DNA of 64,000 nt from Candidatus Bathyarchaeota archaeon (GTDB lineage Archaea > Thermoproteota > Bathyarchaeia > 40CM-2-53-6). The notes under the pieces are model-generated. The model saw only the letters and a program-made list of their open reading frames with translations, did not search any database and was not told the origin of the DNA. Shown piece after piece: positions 52,019 through 63,062 of this stretch. How positions within the stretch are numbered: the stretch's first letter is position 1; each line of letters starts with the position of its first letter. The stretch lies in the NCBI GenBank assembly GCA_963833125.1, contig CAWHWX010000004.1, positions 32,001 to 96,000 of the forward strand, in the 5' to 3' direction. Position numbers and translations under genes: made by a program.

Positions 52019-54388
52019 GTGAAAAAGGCCGGCGCGGTAATTGTCTCATTGGCCTTGCTAATTGTTCTCGGGGCAATGGTTCCTGCAACGCCCTCACACC
52101 AAGCGCCGGTAATCATACAAGGCTCAATCCCTTTTGCCGGGTCCTTCTCTGTTCTGGTAGAGAGCCAACACGACTTCAGCCCAACCGATATCCAACTTCT
52201 TGAAAGTTACGGTACGGTTACCACAGTAGCCGGACCGGTTGCAGCTATCCAAATCAGTTCATCAGCGTTAGCTGAGTTGGCCCGGCTCCCATTCATCATC
52301 CGTATTGAGAAATCCTATCCTCTCAGCGTTGAACTCGATAAGAGCGTACCCGACACTGGCGCTCCTCAAGTCTGGAATGAGGTCAAAGATCCATTCGGTA
52401 GAAACGTCACCGGAGCAGGGGTGATTGTTGGGTTCGTCGACACAGGAATTGATACAACGCATCCCGATTTCACTTTTCCAAATGGCACCACCAAGATTCT
52501 CTACGTATGGGACCAGACCACCGCAGGCCACCCACCTTCGGGTTTCAACTACGGGTACGAGTGCACATCGGTGGACATAGGAGCGAAAACATGTCCGGAG
52601 AAAGATACGTTTGGGCATGGGACGCATGTGGCCGGAATCGCAACGAGCACTGGTATGGCGACCGGCAATTATACTGGCGTTGCGCCAGGTGCGAGCATAA
52701 TTTTCGTGAAGAGCGGCTACGAGGTATGTAATGGAGATAGCTGGACTTTTAACACGAACCAGATTCTCGACGGCATAAACTACATGGTAAGAAAGGCAGC
52801 CTCGCTTCGAATGCGTTTGGTCGTCAGCCTCAGCCTAGGCGGTAACATTGGCGCCCACGACGGCACCGACCCTTTCGAGCGTGCCCTCGACGCTTTCGTC
52901 AAAGCGGGAACACCAATCGTTGTCGCTGCGGGCAACGCAGCCGAGGATCAAGACCACATTGACGGACAAATATCCCAAGGTCAAAACACCACATTCCAAC
53001 TTCAGTTTAAGCAAACAACAGTCGACGTAGCCATAGACATCTGGTATTCCCCGCAGGACCAAATCTCCGCGACACTACACGTCCCCGACGGAACATCCTA
53101 CCCGGTGCTAAGTGTGCCTGGAGGAATAGTCACCAGCTTCGGGGAACTCAACACAACCACAGCTTCCTTCCCTAACGGTAACGAACTCTACATCGAGGTT
53201 AACTCGACCAATCCCTTGCCACTAGACGGTTGGGGTGTCAGTTTGATCGCGGACCAAGTTCACTCTGAAGGATTCTGGAACGCGTGGACCGATTCCTCTA
53301 CATGCACTTTTCCGGGCTCAGTCTTCTTGCCGGGAGATGGATACATTGTTGATTCTCAGGATACGATCGGTATACCCGCCACGGCAAGGAACGTCGTAAC
53401 CGTTGGCTCATACGTCACAAAGACCTCGTGGGTGGGAATGGACGGAAACACATACGGCACAGATATTTCCCCGGGCGGCATCTCGTCTTTCAGCTCCCTT
53501 GGCCCAACTAGGGATGGCCGGACCAAACCTGATATTGTTGCTCCCGGCGAAGTCATTGTCTCGGCAAGGTCAAGTGCGGTACCCCAGACTCAGAGTGACC
53601 CCGACCGGTACCACAGGGTTCTGGCGGGCACTAGCATGGCGACCCCACACGTAGCCGGCACCATTGCTCTTATGCTTCAATACGCACCCAACCTTCAAGC
53701 AATCGAGGTTCCAGGAATCCTTCGGCAAACCGCACGCCTTGATGCGAACACTGGTCTGATTACGAATAGTTCTGCACTCTGGGGCTTTGGAAAACTAGAT
53801 GCTAGGACCGCAACAGGTTTCTTCCGTCAAACCTTGGTGATCATTGGAATTCCTTCGGTGCTCACGGTTTCTATCCGCGTGAACGGAAGTGAAATCATGC
53901 AGGTGCCGGGAGGAACATGGGCTGATCTTTACTATCTAAAGGGGTCTACTCTAAATGTCTCCTTCGACCATCAAATCCAAGCAACCGCCGACACTCGCTA
54001 TTCATATCAAAACGCAAAATCCACGGGCACACCGAACCCTGTGATCATAATCAATTACAATCCGCAATATCTGCTCACAGTCAACTCACCTTTTGGTCCA
54101 ACTAGTGGGAGCGGATGGTATGACGCAAACAGTAACGCGACTTTGACGGCATCCGAAATTGTGCCGGCCCCAGGTTTTTTGGGCTATCTAGGTTCCGCGT
54201 ACGTTCTGAGCTACTGGGCAACAAATGACGGCGCTACTCATTCAAACGTCATTTTGATGGATGGCCCGAAATCTGTAACTGCAGTCTATACTCCAACCGT
54301 TTCAGTACAAACATTCTCTGAGGTAATTGTCGTCTCGACGGTTGCTGTGCTTTCGGCGGTTGTATTTTCGAGAAGAAGGCTTAGCTGA
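52019..54388 (+). CDS. secreted S8 subtilase with a C-terminal membrane anchor
   Basis: Signal peptide; VDTGID, GHGTHVAG, GTSMATPHVAG; C-terminal TM + RRR. Confidence 0.93.
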   Translation: MKKAGAVIVSLALLIVLGAMVPATPSHQAPVIIQGSIPFAGSFSVLVESQHDFSPTDIQLLESYGTVTTVAGPVAAIQISSSALAELARLPFIIRIEKSYPLSVELDKSVPDTGAPQVWNEVKDPFGRNVTGAGVIVGFVDTGIDTTHPDFTFPNGTTKILYVWDQTTAGHPPSGFNYGYECTSVDIGAKTCPEKDTFGHGTHVAGIATSTGMATGNYTGVAPGASIIFVKSGYEVCNGDSWTFNTNQILDGINYMVRKAASLRMRLVVSLSLGGNIGAHDGTDPFERALDAFVKAGTPIVVAAGNAAEDQDHIDGQISQGQNTTFQLQFKQTTVDVAIDIWYSPQDQISATLHVPDGTSYPVLSVPGGIVTSFGELNTTTASFPNGNELYIEVNSTNPLPLDGWGVSLIADQVHSEGFWNAWTDSSTCTFPGSVFLPGDGYIVDSQDTIGIPATARNVVTVGSYVTKTSWVGMDGNTYGTDISPGGISSFSSLGPTRDGRTKPDIVAPGEVIVSARSSAVPQTQSDPDRYHRVLAGTSMATPHVAGTIALMLQYAPNLQAIEVPGILRQTARLDANTGLITNSSALWGFGKLDARTATGFFRQTLVIIGIPSVLTVSIRVNGSEIMQVPGGTWADLYYLKGSTLNVSFDHQIQATADTRYSYQNAKSTGTPNPVIIINYNPQYLLTVNSPFGPTSGSGWYDANSNATLTASEIVPAPGFLGYLGSAYVLSYWATNDGATHSNVILMDGPKSVTAVYTPTVSVQTFSEVIVVSTVAVLSAVVFSRRRLS

Positions 54389-54396
54389 TCGTTCGG

Positions 54397-54711
54397 TTAC
54401 GTCTTCTTCAGTAGTACGTCGGTGCCTTCGATTTTTACTGTGAAGGAGGTTTCGTCCTTCATAGGTGGTGGGCTAACCACTTTTCCAGTGGTAACGTCAA
54501 ATTTGCCACCGTGCCAGGGGCAGATTACAGTGTTGCCTTCCAGTTCTCCTTCGTTGAGAGGCCCTCCCCTATGAGTGCACTTATCCGTAATCGCATAGAG
54601 CTTACCTCCAATGCTGGCAACAACCACTTCATCCACACCGACGGTTACCTTCTTGAGAGATCCGGCAGGAAAATCGGTAACCTGGCCTACCTTTACGAAG
54701 CCTTCACTCAT
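54397..54711 (-). CDS. Rieske-type [2Fe-2S] ferredoxin
   Basis: CTHRGG...CPWHGG. Confidence 0.92.
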   Translation of the reverse strand: MSEGFVKVGQVTDFPAGSLKKVTVGVDEVVVASIGGKLYAITDKCTHRGGPLNEGELEGNTVICPWHGGKFDVTTGKVVSPPPMKDETSFTVKIEGTDVLLKKT

Positions 54712-54838
54712 CTCAATCAACCACTCAAAGGAATCCGAGGTCCCGCTTATGAACTGAGCGCATGCTAAAGCTATATGCTCGTCTCTCCCACACGATATTC
54801 GCGAAGACCTAAGAATTTGACGAATCGATGGGAAGAAT

Positions 54839-56118
54839 TTGCAAGCTAAGACCCAAACGCAACAAACGCAGCGCTTCGAATTCCTTAAACTCAAATTCCA
54901 ACAATACTACAAGGAAAGTGCTGCCTCGCTTAGGCCCCCCCCGTCGATGGTAGAACGCGAATTCGGATTCCTACTCTTCCGCGAAACGCGTAATGGTGAG
55001 GCATAAGGCGTTCCATGATTTCAGTCTGTTCACGAACTCACTGTTGTCACTGACGCCCTCCGACGTTTACTACTCCACAGCCTACTATCAGCACCCCGAC
55101 CTTGAGATGGAAAGAAAAGGGTGGCTGGGCTCGGATGTGGTTTTCGATGTTGACGCAGACCACATCGACACACCATGCAAGGAGAAGCACGACATGTGGG
55201 TCTGCACTAGTTGCAAAGAAACAAGGAGAGGAAAGAAGCCGTTGAAATGCCCTAAATGCGGGAGTGAAAAACTTGAGGAAAAAGCATGGCTTTGCGATCG
55301 ATGCCTCATCGCGGCGAAGGAGGAAGTGCTAAAACTCCTGGAATTTCTCGCGGAAGACTTTGGAATCAAATCAAATGAGATGCATCTCTTCTTTTCCGGC
55401 CACAGGGGATACCACCTCCACATAATCTCGGACAGTTTGAAGACACTAGACGACGTCCAAAGGAGAGAGATAGTGGATTACGTTATGGCGCTGGGGCTAG
55501 ACCCCGCCGAACAAGGATTGTACCAAGACCTATTCGACAGTAAACACCCAATCATAGTCGGCCCAGACCTAACCGACCTAGGTTGGCGCGGAAGACTCAG
55601 CGCGCGGTGTATACCAGATTCTCACAGAGTGGGATCAGAACTCACTCGTTGAGCTAGGCTTCACTCGTGGCGCAGCTGCCCAGATCCTGAATGACCGTCA
55701 ACGAATTAGAAGTGAGTGGTCGAGGAAGATGCTGTGGAGCTCATTTCAAGACAAATGGAGAATCAACGAAAAAATCTGGAGAAACATCGTCGAAAAAGCG
55801 ATGAGCCTAGTCACGTTACCCGCGAAGATAGACACCGTCGTCACAACCGACGTGCACAGGCTGATCAGAATGCCGGGAACGCTGAATGGAAAGACCGGCT
55901 TGAAAGCCACAATGGTCAAGCTAGACCGCCTAGAGGAATTTGACCCATTCAACGAACCCGTCGTTTTCCAAGGAACACAGAAAGTCGAGATTACAGAAGC
56001 ACCCGAACTTCGACTGCGTGACCAAACCTTCGGCCCATATACCGATCAGAAAGTTGAATTGCCACTTGCGGCTGCCGTACTGTTCGTCGCAAAGGGTGTT
56101 GCATCTCCGGTGAACTAG
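54839..56118 (+). CDS. priS: DNA primase small subunit (several frameshifts)
   Basis: REFGF, VYYSTAYY, VFDVDAD, zinc-ribbon insert, FSGHRGYH, IDTVVTTDVHRLIRMPGTL. Confidence 0.92.
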
Positions 56119-56120
56119 GC

Positions 56121-56711
56121 TTGTATAACGAGCTGTACAAGGCATGGAAGTCCGAGAAAACCTCTGAAAAGACTCAACCCCTCGCACCCGACTTCTATCA
56201 AAGGATGCAAAATTACCTTAAGGGGTTAGAGGAAGATTCTGCCTCGTTGGAGGCACACACTCTCCAAGGCCGCCTAGTTCTGAAAGAAAAGGAGGTTGTA
56301 GCCAGGCTTCTAAATGAATTGAAGGAGACAAGGCTTCAGAAACTCGTCAGCATCACAAAACATCACGGCAACGTGGATGCATCGGGCTTAACGGAGGAAG
56401 AGAGGAGCCTAGTCAAAGGCATTGACGACTCCATGCAGGCCTTCGAGCAAGGAGGGAGCGAGCCCGTCAGCGCCGCAACCACGACAGCTGAAGAACGAAT
56501 TGAATTGTCAGTCGTAAGATTTCTGCAAGACATCCCCGAAATAGTTGGGACTGACCTAAAGATTTACGGACCCTACAAGAAGGAAGACGTAGGTTCTTTG
56601 CCTAACCAAAACGCACAGGCATTGGTTAAGCAAGGTGCCGCGAAAGAAATCGAAGTAAGAACTTTTCACAAAACCGCGAAAAAAGATGATGCGAACCGCC
56701 ATCAACAATAA
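56121..56711 (+). CDS. GINS (Gins15-type) subunit
   Basis: DFY, RLQKL, LTEEE, C-terminal GTDLKIYGPYKKEDV; follows priS. Confidence 0.88.
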   Translation: MYNELYKAWKSEKTSEKTQPLAPDFYQRMQNYLKGLEEDSASLEAHTLQGRLVLKEKEVVARLLNELKETRLQKLVSITKHHGNVDASGLTEEERSLVKGIDDSMQAFEQGGSEPVSAATTTAEERIELSVVRFLQDIPEIVGTDLKIYGPYKKEDVGSLPNQNAQALVKQGAAKEIEVRTFHKTAKKDDANRHQQ

Positions 56712-56752
56712 ATAAAACACGCAAGGCTAGTAACGAATTCGAGCCGATCAGT

Positions 56753-57028
56753 ATGAGAGTACCTAAGGAAATGAGGACCTACTGTCCAAAATGCAAGTCG
56801 CATACTGATCATCAAGTGTCGATATACAAGAAGGGCAAGGACAGAGCGATGGCCGTCGGCAACAGGCGGCACGCACGTGACGAGCTAGGGTACGGTGGCC
56901 AAAAGTTTCCGAAACTTAAGAGGACTGCTAAGACGACAAAAAAACAGTTGATCAAACTTACCTGCCGAACATGTGACTCCGCCACCTTCAGATTAGGGAT
57001 TAGGCTTCGAAAACTAGAGATAACCTAA
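56753..57028 (+). CDS. rpl44e: 50S ribosomal protein L44e
   Basis: TYCPKCKSHT, GYGGQ, KTTKK, C..C. Confidence 0.96.
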   Translation: MRVPKEMRTYCPKCKSHTDHQVSIYKKGKDRAMAVGNRRHARDELGYGGQKFPKLKRTAKTTKKQLIKLTCRTCDSATFRLGIRLRKLEIT

Positions 57029-57141
57029 CCAGCATATGCTCTTCTTCAAGCGATTCTGCTCGGTTCGCCGTTCGTTGAGGCATAACACTTATGTTGCATG
57101 GTTCCTGTCTCACAATTTCTTCGCTAGGTTGGGAATGAGAA

Positions 57142-57336
57142 ATGGTCAAAGGAGAATTAATCCCGAAACCGCAGAGTAACTTCATCAGAGTCAAGTGCCC
57201 GAAGTGTGGGAATGAACAGGTTGTATTTGACAGGCCATCCCTTGCCCCGCACTGCTCAGTCTGCGACGAAGTCCTAGCTGACCCTACCGGCGGAAAGGCA
57301 ACGCTCAAGTCTGAAGTAGTTCAAGTCCTCGGTTAA
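57142..57336 (+). CDS. rps27e: 30S ribosomal protein S27e
   Basis: FIRVKCPKCGNEQVVF...CSVC...PTGGKA. Confidence 0.96.
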   Translation: MVKGELIPKPQSNFIRVKCPKCGNEQVVFDRPSLAPHCSVCDEVLADPTGGKATLKSEVVQVLG

Positions 57337-57350
57337 ATTGGCGAATAGTA

Positions 57351-58133
57351 ATGTCCAGCCCCGTTGAATACCCTGAAGTTGGCGACCTTGTCGTAGCCAG
57401 CGTCACACGTGTTGTGGATTACGGGGCATACGTCAAACTCGACGAGTACGACGGAGTCGAAGGATTAATTCACATTTCAGAAATCGCAAGCACATACGTA
57501 AAGAACATTAGAGTGCATGTGAGGGAAGGCCAAAAACTCGTCCTGAAAGTTTTACGGGTAAGCCCCCAACGCTTCCAAGTTGACCTTTCACTCCGCAGAG
57601 TCACCGGCCGCGAAAAATCCGAGAAGATGCTTGAATGGAAGAAGGTGAAGAAGGCCGATTCGATAATCAAAGGTGCGGTTGAACGACTGAAAGTTGGAGA
57701 CGAAGACGTATCAAAGATTAGAGACGTCATCTACGAGAAATTCGATAATCCCTTCGACGCTTTTGAGGAGGCCGCGGATGAAGGAGAAGAAACGTTCACC
57801 AAGCTCGGAATAGCTGAGGATTGGGCCAAGGCACTAACCGAGGTCGCTAGAAGCAAGATCAGGCTTGAGAAAGCTAAGGTTACAGGCACCGTAGAATTAA
57901 TCTGCGTAAAGACTGACGGCGTTGAAGCGATTCGACAGGCGTTGCATGGAGCGAAGAAGGTCAAGAAATCACGAGGGACCACAATCAAAGTGTACACGCT
58001 TGGGTCCCCGAAATACCGGTTTGAGGTTAGAAGCAAGGAAATAACGGATGCTCAGGCAACGCTGAACCTCGCCATGGAGGAAGCATTAAGCGGGATCAAG
58101 GGTCTTGGCGGCGAAGGACGCAAACTAGGTTGA
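57351..58133 (+). CDS. eif2a: translation initiation factor aIF2 alpha
   Basis: YPEVGDLVV, GAYVKLDEY, HISEI, DLSLRRV, GSPKY. Confidence 0.96.
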   Translation: MSSPVEYPEVGDLVVASVTRVVDYGAYVKLDEYDGVEGLIHISEIASTYVKNIRVHVREGQKLVLKVLRVSPQRFQVDLSLRRVTGREKSEKMLEWKKVKKADSIIKGAVERLKVGDEDVSKIRDVIYEKFDNPFDAFEEAADEGEETFTKLGIAEDWAKALTEVARSKIRLEKAKVTGTVELICVKTDGVEAIRQALHGAKKVKKSRGTTIKVYTLGSPKYRFEVRSKEITDAQATLNLAMEEALSGIKGLGGEGRKLG

Positions 58134-58282
58134 AGTGGCTCATAAGAAAATGTCCTAACTGCAAGACTTATACAATGAAGCCGAATTGCCCCAAATGCGG
58201 AACACAAACCGTTACCGCACACCCGTCTAAATTCTCCCCGCACGACAAGTACGCCAAACTACGTCAACCGGAGAACCCGTAA
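58130..58282 (+). CDS. nop10: H/ACA RNP protein Nop10
   Basis: Own translation MKWLIRKCPNCKTYTMKPNCPKCGTQTVTAHPSKFSPHDKYAKLR...; overlaps the eif2a stop. Confidence 0.93.
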   Translation: MKWLIRKCPNCKTYTMKPNCPKCGTQTVTAHPSKFSPHDKYAKLRQPENP

Positions 58283-58324
58283 GAACCCGACTATTTCGCT
58301 ACAGAAGCTTTTCGGGTTTCTTGC

Positions 58325-61093
58325 TTACGACCTGCGTATGGTGAGGTATGTAGTGACAGGGTTGTAATTTACACCAGCCTGCAAAGTAGCAACTAGCGTG
58401 AAAGTGCCTGGGACGTCAGCCTTCCAATTGAAACTCATTGTGGGTGAAGTCATGAGTAGCGTGTTGATCGGGGTGAATGTCTTGTTGTCGAAAGTGTAGG
58501 CAATTGTTACGTTTGTGCCTGTGACGAAGGGTGAAAGGGATACATTCACTGTGATGTTTTGGCCTACGTTGAATGTTGATGGTGAGGTTGAAAGGGTTAG
58601 GGTGGCGTTCGCCTTTGTGACGAGTAATGGTTCGGGAGTTGAAGTTACTTCACCGTATGTTGCGGCGCCAAGGTAATGGGCACGGATTAGGTAGGTGCCC
58701 ACGTCCGGGACAGCCGTGTAATTATACGCGCCGCTTGGTGCCGCGGTAGTAGTCCCAATTTGTTGCCACGACTGTCCGCTATCTACCGACGACTCTAGGA
58801 CGACTTGCACGGGTTGAGAGGAGATTGCGTTTCCTTTGGTATCGGTTATGTTTCCGGACATGACCACCGGAGTGCCGTACGTAATCGGTGTTTTGACTGG
58901 GCGCATCGTGATGAAGTCGGATTTGATCAAGTTCACTTTGAATAGGTATACGAACTTGTTTGAGGACGAAAATACTTGAGTTAGGTATGGGGACGGTGTC
59001 GTTTGGGTGCTTGATGTGGTTATAGTCATCATGTAACCCAGCATCGAATTCGTGTTGAGCTGTGCGCTGGTCGTGATCGAGTCGTTAGCTATGACCTTGT
59101 TCGTTGCGGGATCTTTGATTATTCGTGCGTAATCGCTTGCTCCGGTTTGAGGGTTAGTGGTTGTTTCATCGAATGAGATTTGGTATTTGTTCCACATGGT
59201 ATTGTTGCCGATGCGCGCCATCCAATACCATTTCCGTCCTCACCGAATCCTTGCCAGCCACCAGAGCTGCTACTCGAGGGAGTGATGAATATTGCCACGT
59301 ATGAGACATTGTAGCGTTGAAGGTTGGGGATTGCCATAGATATATTGTCGAGGAATGTTTGGGCGATTACTGCTATCTGCGTCGAGTTTTGAGTCCCATT
59401 GTCTGCAATTGTACTACGCTGACCAAGGGCAGTTATCCAGTAGCCGTAGTCCCACCATGCGAAGACGACGGAGCCTGGGGGCGTGTTGAGTCGCATCCAC
59501 GATAATGCTTGCAGCCAATCTTGGTATTGCAGTTCATTACCTCCTGAAGGCGCGGTTGGGATGCTGGAAGTGACAATCGTCGCGGGTTGATATGCTCCAC
59601 GTACTGCGGTCCAGAATGTTGGAATAATCGCGATCAGCAGTATCAGGAAGATCGCGACTCCAAACTCTCTGCCGATTCGGGATATTACGCGAGTTTTGCG
59701 TTTTGGATAAATCACAGCTTCTCGCACGATGTCAACGGCTGGCTTCCCTAACTCAACCGTACCAATCGCTCCCAGAAGACAGAAGACCGGGGCAAGTAAC
59801 AATGTGAGTCGTACGAAAGAGGCGGCGAAGTAGACCGCAGTGACCGCCCAGATGATGGTGAATATGTCTTCGTTTCTACCCCTCTGGATTACGAACACTA
59901 TTCCGAATAGAATTAGGAAAGTTATGGCTCCGAATTCATAGAAGAAGCTCCCCCACGTTGCAGGTTGGTGTTCTGCGACACTCGCGATTATCGGCACATT
60001 GCCGCGGACGAATGGGTTGATGACTGCGTAGAATTTGCCGTACGGTATCAGAGCGATGTTGAAGTAAGAAAGAACTGCGACTAGCGCCGCAGTTCCCAGT
60101 ACTACGGCCGCTAACGTGTAAATCCGCGTCTTGGTATTCTGAATATATGAGGATGCTTCTCGAGCTACCAGTACTAGTTCTCCGGCGAGAACCGCCAACC
60201 ATGTAAGGTCGGTAAGTGAACCGAATCCGAGCTTCGGGACAAGAAATGGAGTGAGGAGAAGGAAGATGCCCATGGATAGGGAATAGCTGAGGAACAGTTT
60301 CTTCGAGTAGCGTCCAATCAAGACGAGGACAACGACGTAGAGAGGGATCAAGTCAAGCGGGAAGAGGGAGCCTGCCCATTCTGCGGCGAGATAGAAAAGT
60401 GAGAAGCCGGCGATTGATGAGTATACGATGGTCTTGCGTGTTGTGGAACTGGAAACTGTTGCTCGACGGAATGAGAGGAAGATTACAAGCATTAGAAGGA
60501 TTCCAAGGGGCTCGTGACGTAGGAAACCAAGTTGGGTTCGACCGATGCTGCTAGGGTTCAGCGCCAAGAACAGAGCGGTTAACATTCCGGCGCCCTTTCC
60601 CCAAAAGTCCTTTCCAAGGAAATATGCGATCAACACTGTGATGGTTCCTGCAATAATGGGGAAGACCATGGCTACGTCAAACACGGCAACTCCTACACCC
60701 AAGAAGTGTAGCAACATTACTATGGCCGCAACAACGAACGCCTCCCCGTACAGATTCCAAGTCGGCATGTCGGCACCAAACGGGTACCAGCTCATGCTGT
60801 CATGCCATTGGAACCAAGCGAGAAAACCGTGGTCGACTGTGAATTGCGCCATTCGCCATTGAAGATATGGGTCAAACTCGTTGAGGTAGTATCCCCAGCG
60901 AATCGGCATTATTCGAACAGCTAGGGCGATTATCACAATCAACCCCAGAGCTATGTATTCAAGAACCGTCCCACGTGAAACCCCAGAGCGCGGCTTTGCG
61001 GATGCCGTCAACTCGTTCCGCGAGGACTTCGCGGTTTACGTATTTGCCGATGGCGCTCCGAGCTTTTCTCAGGGCTCGGCCAGTAGCTGACAT
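58325..61093 (-). CDS. aglB: oligosaccharyltransferase AglB/STT3 with C-terminal beta-sandwich extension (frameshifts near 59230 and probably near 61010)
   Basis: EFDPY, SVAEHQP, FVRL, WWDYGYWI, ADNGT; continues in ORF 58325-59221; possible upstream ATG at 61093. Confidence 0.93.
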
Positions 61094-61311
61094 TTATGCA
61101 CCCGCAGATTTTTGAGGGTAGACTTTGAGCGCGTTATAAAAGGTTGATGAACGGCGAAGTACCTACTCTTTGATATCATCTATGCCCGAGTGATTGCTCG
61201 CTCCAAACATGCCTGGCTTGTGATGTGCACGAGTTTGATTTTCGACTCATTGCTGTCCGAAAGCCTTGTCAGGTTGAATGGCTGAGATAAGTCTGGTTTG
61301 GTAATTACACT

Positions 61312-61626
61312 ATGCCGGATGCCTACGTGTCTTGTCCATCTTGTGGAAAGCCGAACGTTAGCGATGGGAGGTATTGCATTAATTGCGGTTCGATTCTAAA
61401 TTCAGTATATTGTTCCCAATGCGGCACACCCAACCCGGATGGGTTGGAACAGTGTCTGGAGTGCGGAGCGCATATGCCGAGTTTGATGGGTTTTCGTTGG
61501 AATCCAATCGTTACTGTTCTTACCCCGACGTCTGCGATGATTGAGAGAACAAGCACGGTCCCTTACGTGAGCACTGATGATGAAAGTCCTCTCAAGTGGC
61601 TTCGATCAAAGTTGGAACGTGACTAG
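61312..61626 (+). CDS. double zinc-ribbon protein
   Basis: CPSCG, CINCG, CSQCG, CLECG. Confidence 0.8.
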   Translation: MPDAYVSCPSCGKPNVSDGRYCINCGSILNSVYCSQCGTPNPDGLEQCLECGAHMPSLMGFRWNPIVTVLTPTSAMIERTSTVPYVSTDDESPLKWLRSKLERD

Positions 61627-61637
61627 AGCCGTCATCG

Positions 61638-62765
61638 CTACTGGGTCCTGCGCGAGTAACCAAACTTGCTCGTATCGTAGAATGGGGTTTTCACCAATTT
61701 GGCTCCTTCAAGCCTGTCCCTGACTTTGACTTGGATCAAATTACCCTGGCTGGCGTATTGAGGGGTTACGTAACCCATTGCTATCCCCTTGTCGAGTAGC
61801 GGGGAGAGAGTGCCGCTGGTTACTTGGCCTATGTCTTCTCCCTTGAGTTGGATGCTGAACCCGTGCGCACGGTATCACTCGATTATCTGTTACAACCCCA
61901 ACCCGCAATTTGCGAGGGCCATTCTCTTTGACCTCTTGCAAACTGCTTCTTCCAATGAAGTCCTTGCTGAGTTTAACGACAAAGCCTAATCTCGCTTCAA
62001 AGGGGTTTGTTTTATCGTCCATGTCCGTGCCATACAAACAAAGCCCCGCCTCAAGTCGCAATAGATCTCGTGCACCCAAACCGCAAGGTTCGAGGCCAAT
62101 GGGTCTGCCCTTCTCCAGTATCCTATCCCAAACCGTCTGTGCGTTCACCAAATTTCCATTAGACGAATCCCAAACAAACACTTCGAAGCCGTCTTCACCC
62201 GTGTAACCAGTTCTTGAAACCAGGACTTTAGATCCCGCAATCGTCGCCCAATCGCACCGAAACGTGGCAAATTGCTAAGTGGTGCGTTGGCTAGTTTGGC
62301 GACCAAGGCAACCGCCTTCGGGCCTTGCACAGCGAACATTGCGACAGCGTCAGAAACGTCCTCAACCTCTACTTCAAACCCCTTCCCAGTCGATGTGAAC
62401 CATTCGTAGTCGCTTGCGCGGTTGGCGGCATTGTATACGATCAGGTATTGATCTGGTTGTAGGTTGAAGACCAGAACGTCATCTTTGATTCCGCCACTTG
62501 GGTTACAGAGGAGCGAGTATTGACCGGCACCATTTGTGAGGGAGGAGACATCGTTTGTTGTAATGTGGTCTAAGAACCGTCGTGAGTCCCGCCCTCGAAC
62601 CAAGGCTCTACCCATGTGACTGACATCAAAGATCCCCACGGCATTCCTAACCGCGAGTGATTCCGGAATAATTCCCTTGAACCAAAGAGGGAGATTGAAC
62701 CCAGCGAACTCAGTTAAGTGCCCATTCCTATCATGAAAAGCCTGAATTTGTACGCTTTTTGGCAA
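61638..62765 (-). CDS. gcvT: glycine cleavage system aminomethyltransferase T (two frameshifts)
   Basis: FDVSHMG, AVQGP, GLGARDLLRLEAG, C-terminal KTPFYD. Confidence 0.92.
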
Positions 62766-62812
62766 CCCGCTTCACTGAGGTAGTCTTACAGTAAGAAATT
62801 GAATATAGCGGC

Positions 62813-62989
62813 CTATTTCGCTACATCTTCGTTTGGAGCTATCTTGACCTTCTCGGTTTCGAAGTCGAGTTTTCTCTTACATTGAGGGCATATACCGTTG
62901 TGTCTCTGTATGATTTCTGTGGGAGTTTCGAGTTCCAACCCATGATAAAGGATTGAACCGCACTCCTGACAGAAAATCTTCTGGGGCAT
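62813..62989 (-). CDS. small zinc-ribbon protein
   Basis: MPQKIFCQECG...CPQCKRKL. Confidence 0.75.
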   Translation of the reverse strand: MPQKIFCQECGSILYHGLELETPTEIIQRHNGICPQCKRKLDFETEKVKIAPNEDVAK

Positions 62990-63062
62990 TACTCGACCAC
63001 GCTTAAGAGCTCCCCACAAGCAAGGCAACATATTTTAGCCTCTTGGTCGTTCCCACTGCGCA

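Noticed and set aside
520-62765. Widespread frameshifts (pyk, NSUN6-like, srp54, trmJ, dinB-like, ada, DUF99, tfs, priS, aglB, gcvT) read as pseudogenes or programmed frameshifting
   Set aside because: They hit core genes, both halves remain well conserved, and I saw no shared slippery motif. Sequencing/assembly indels are the simplest explanation; read mapping would confirm.
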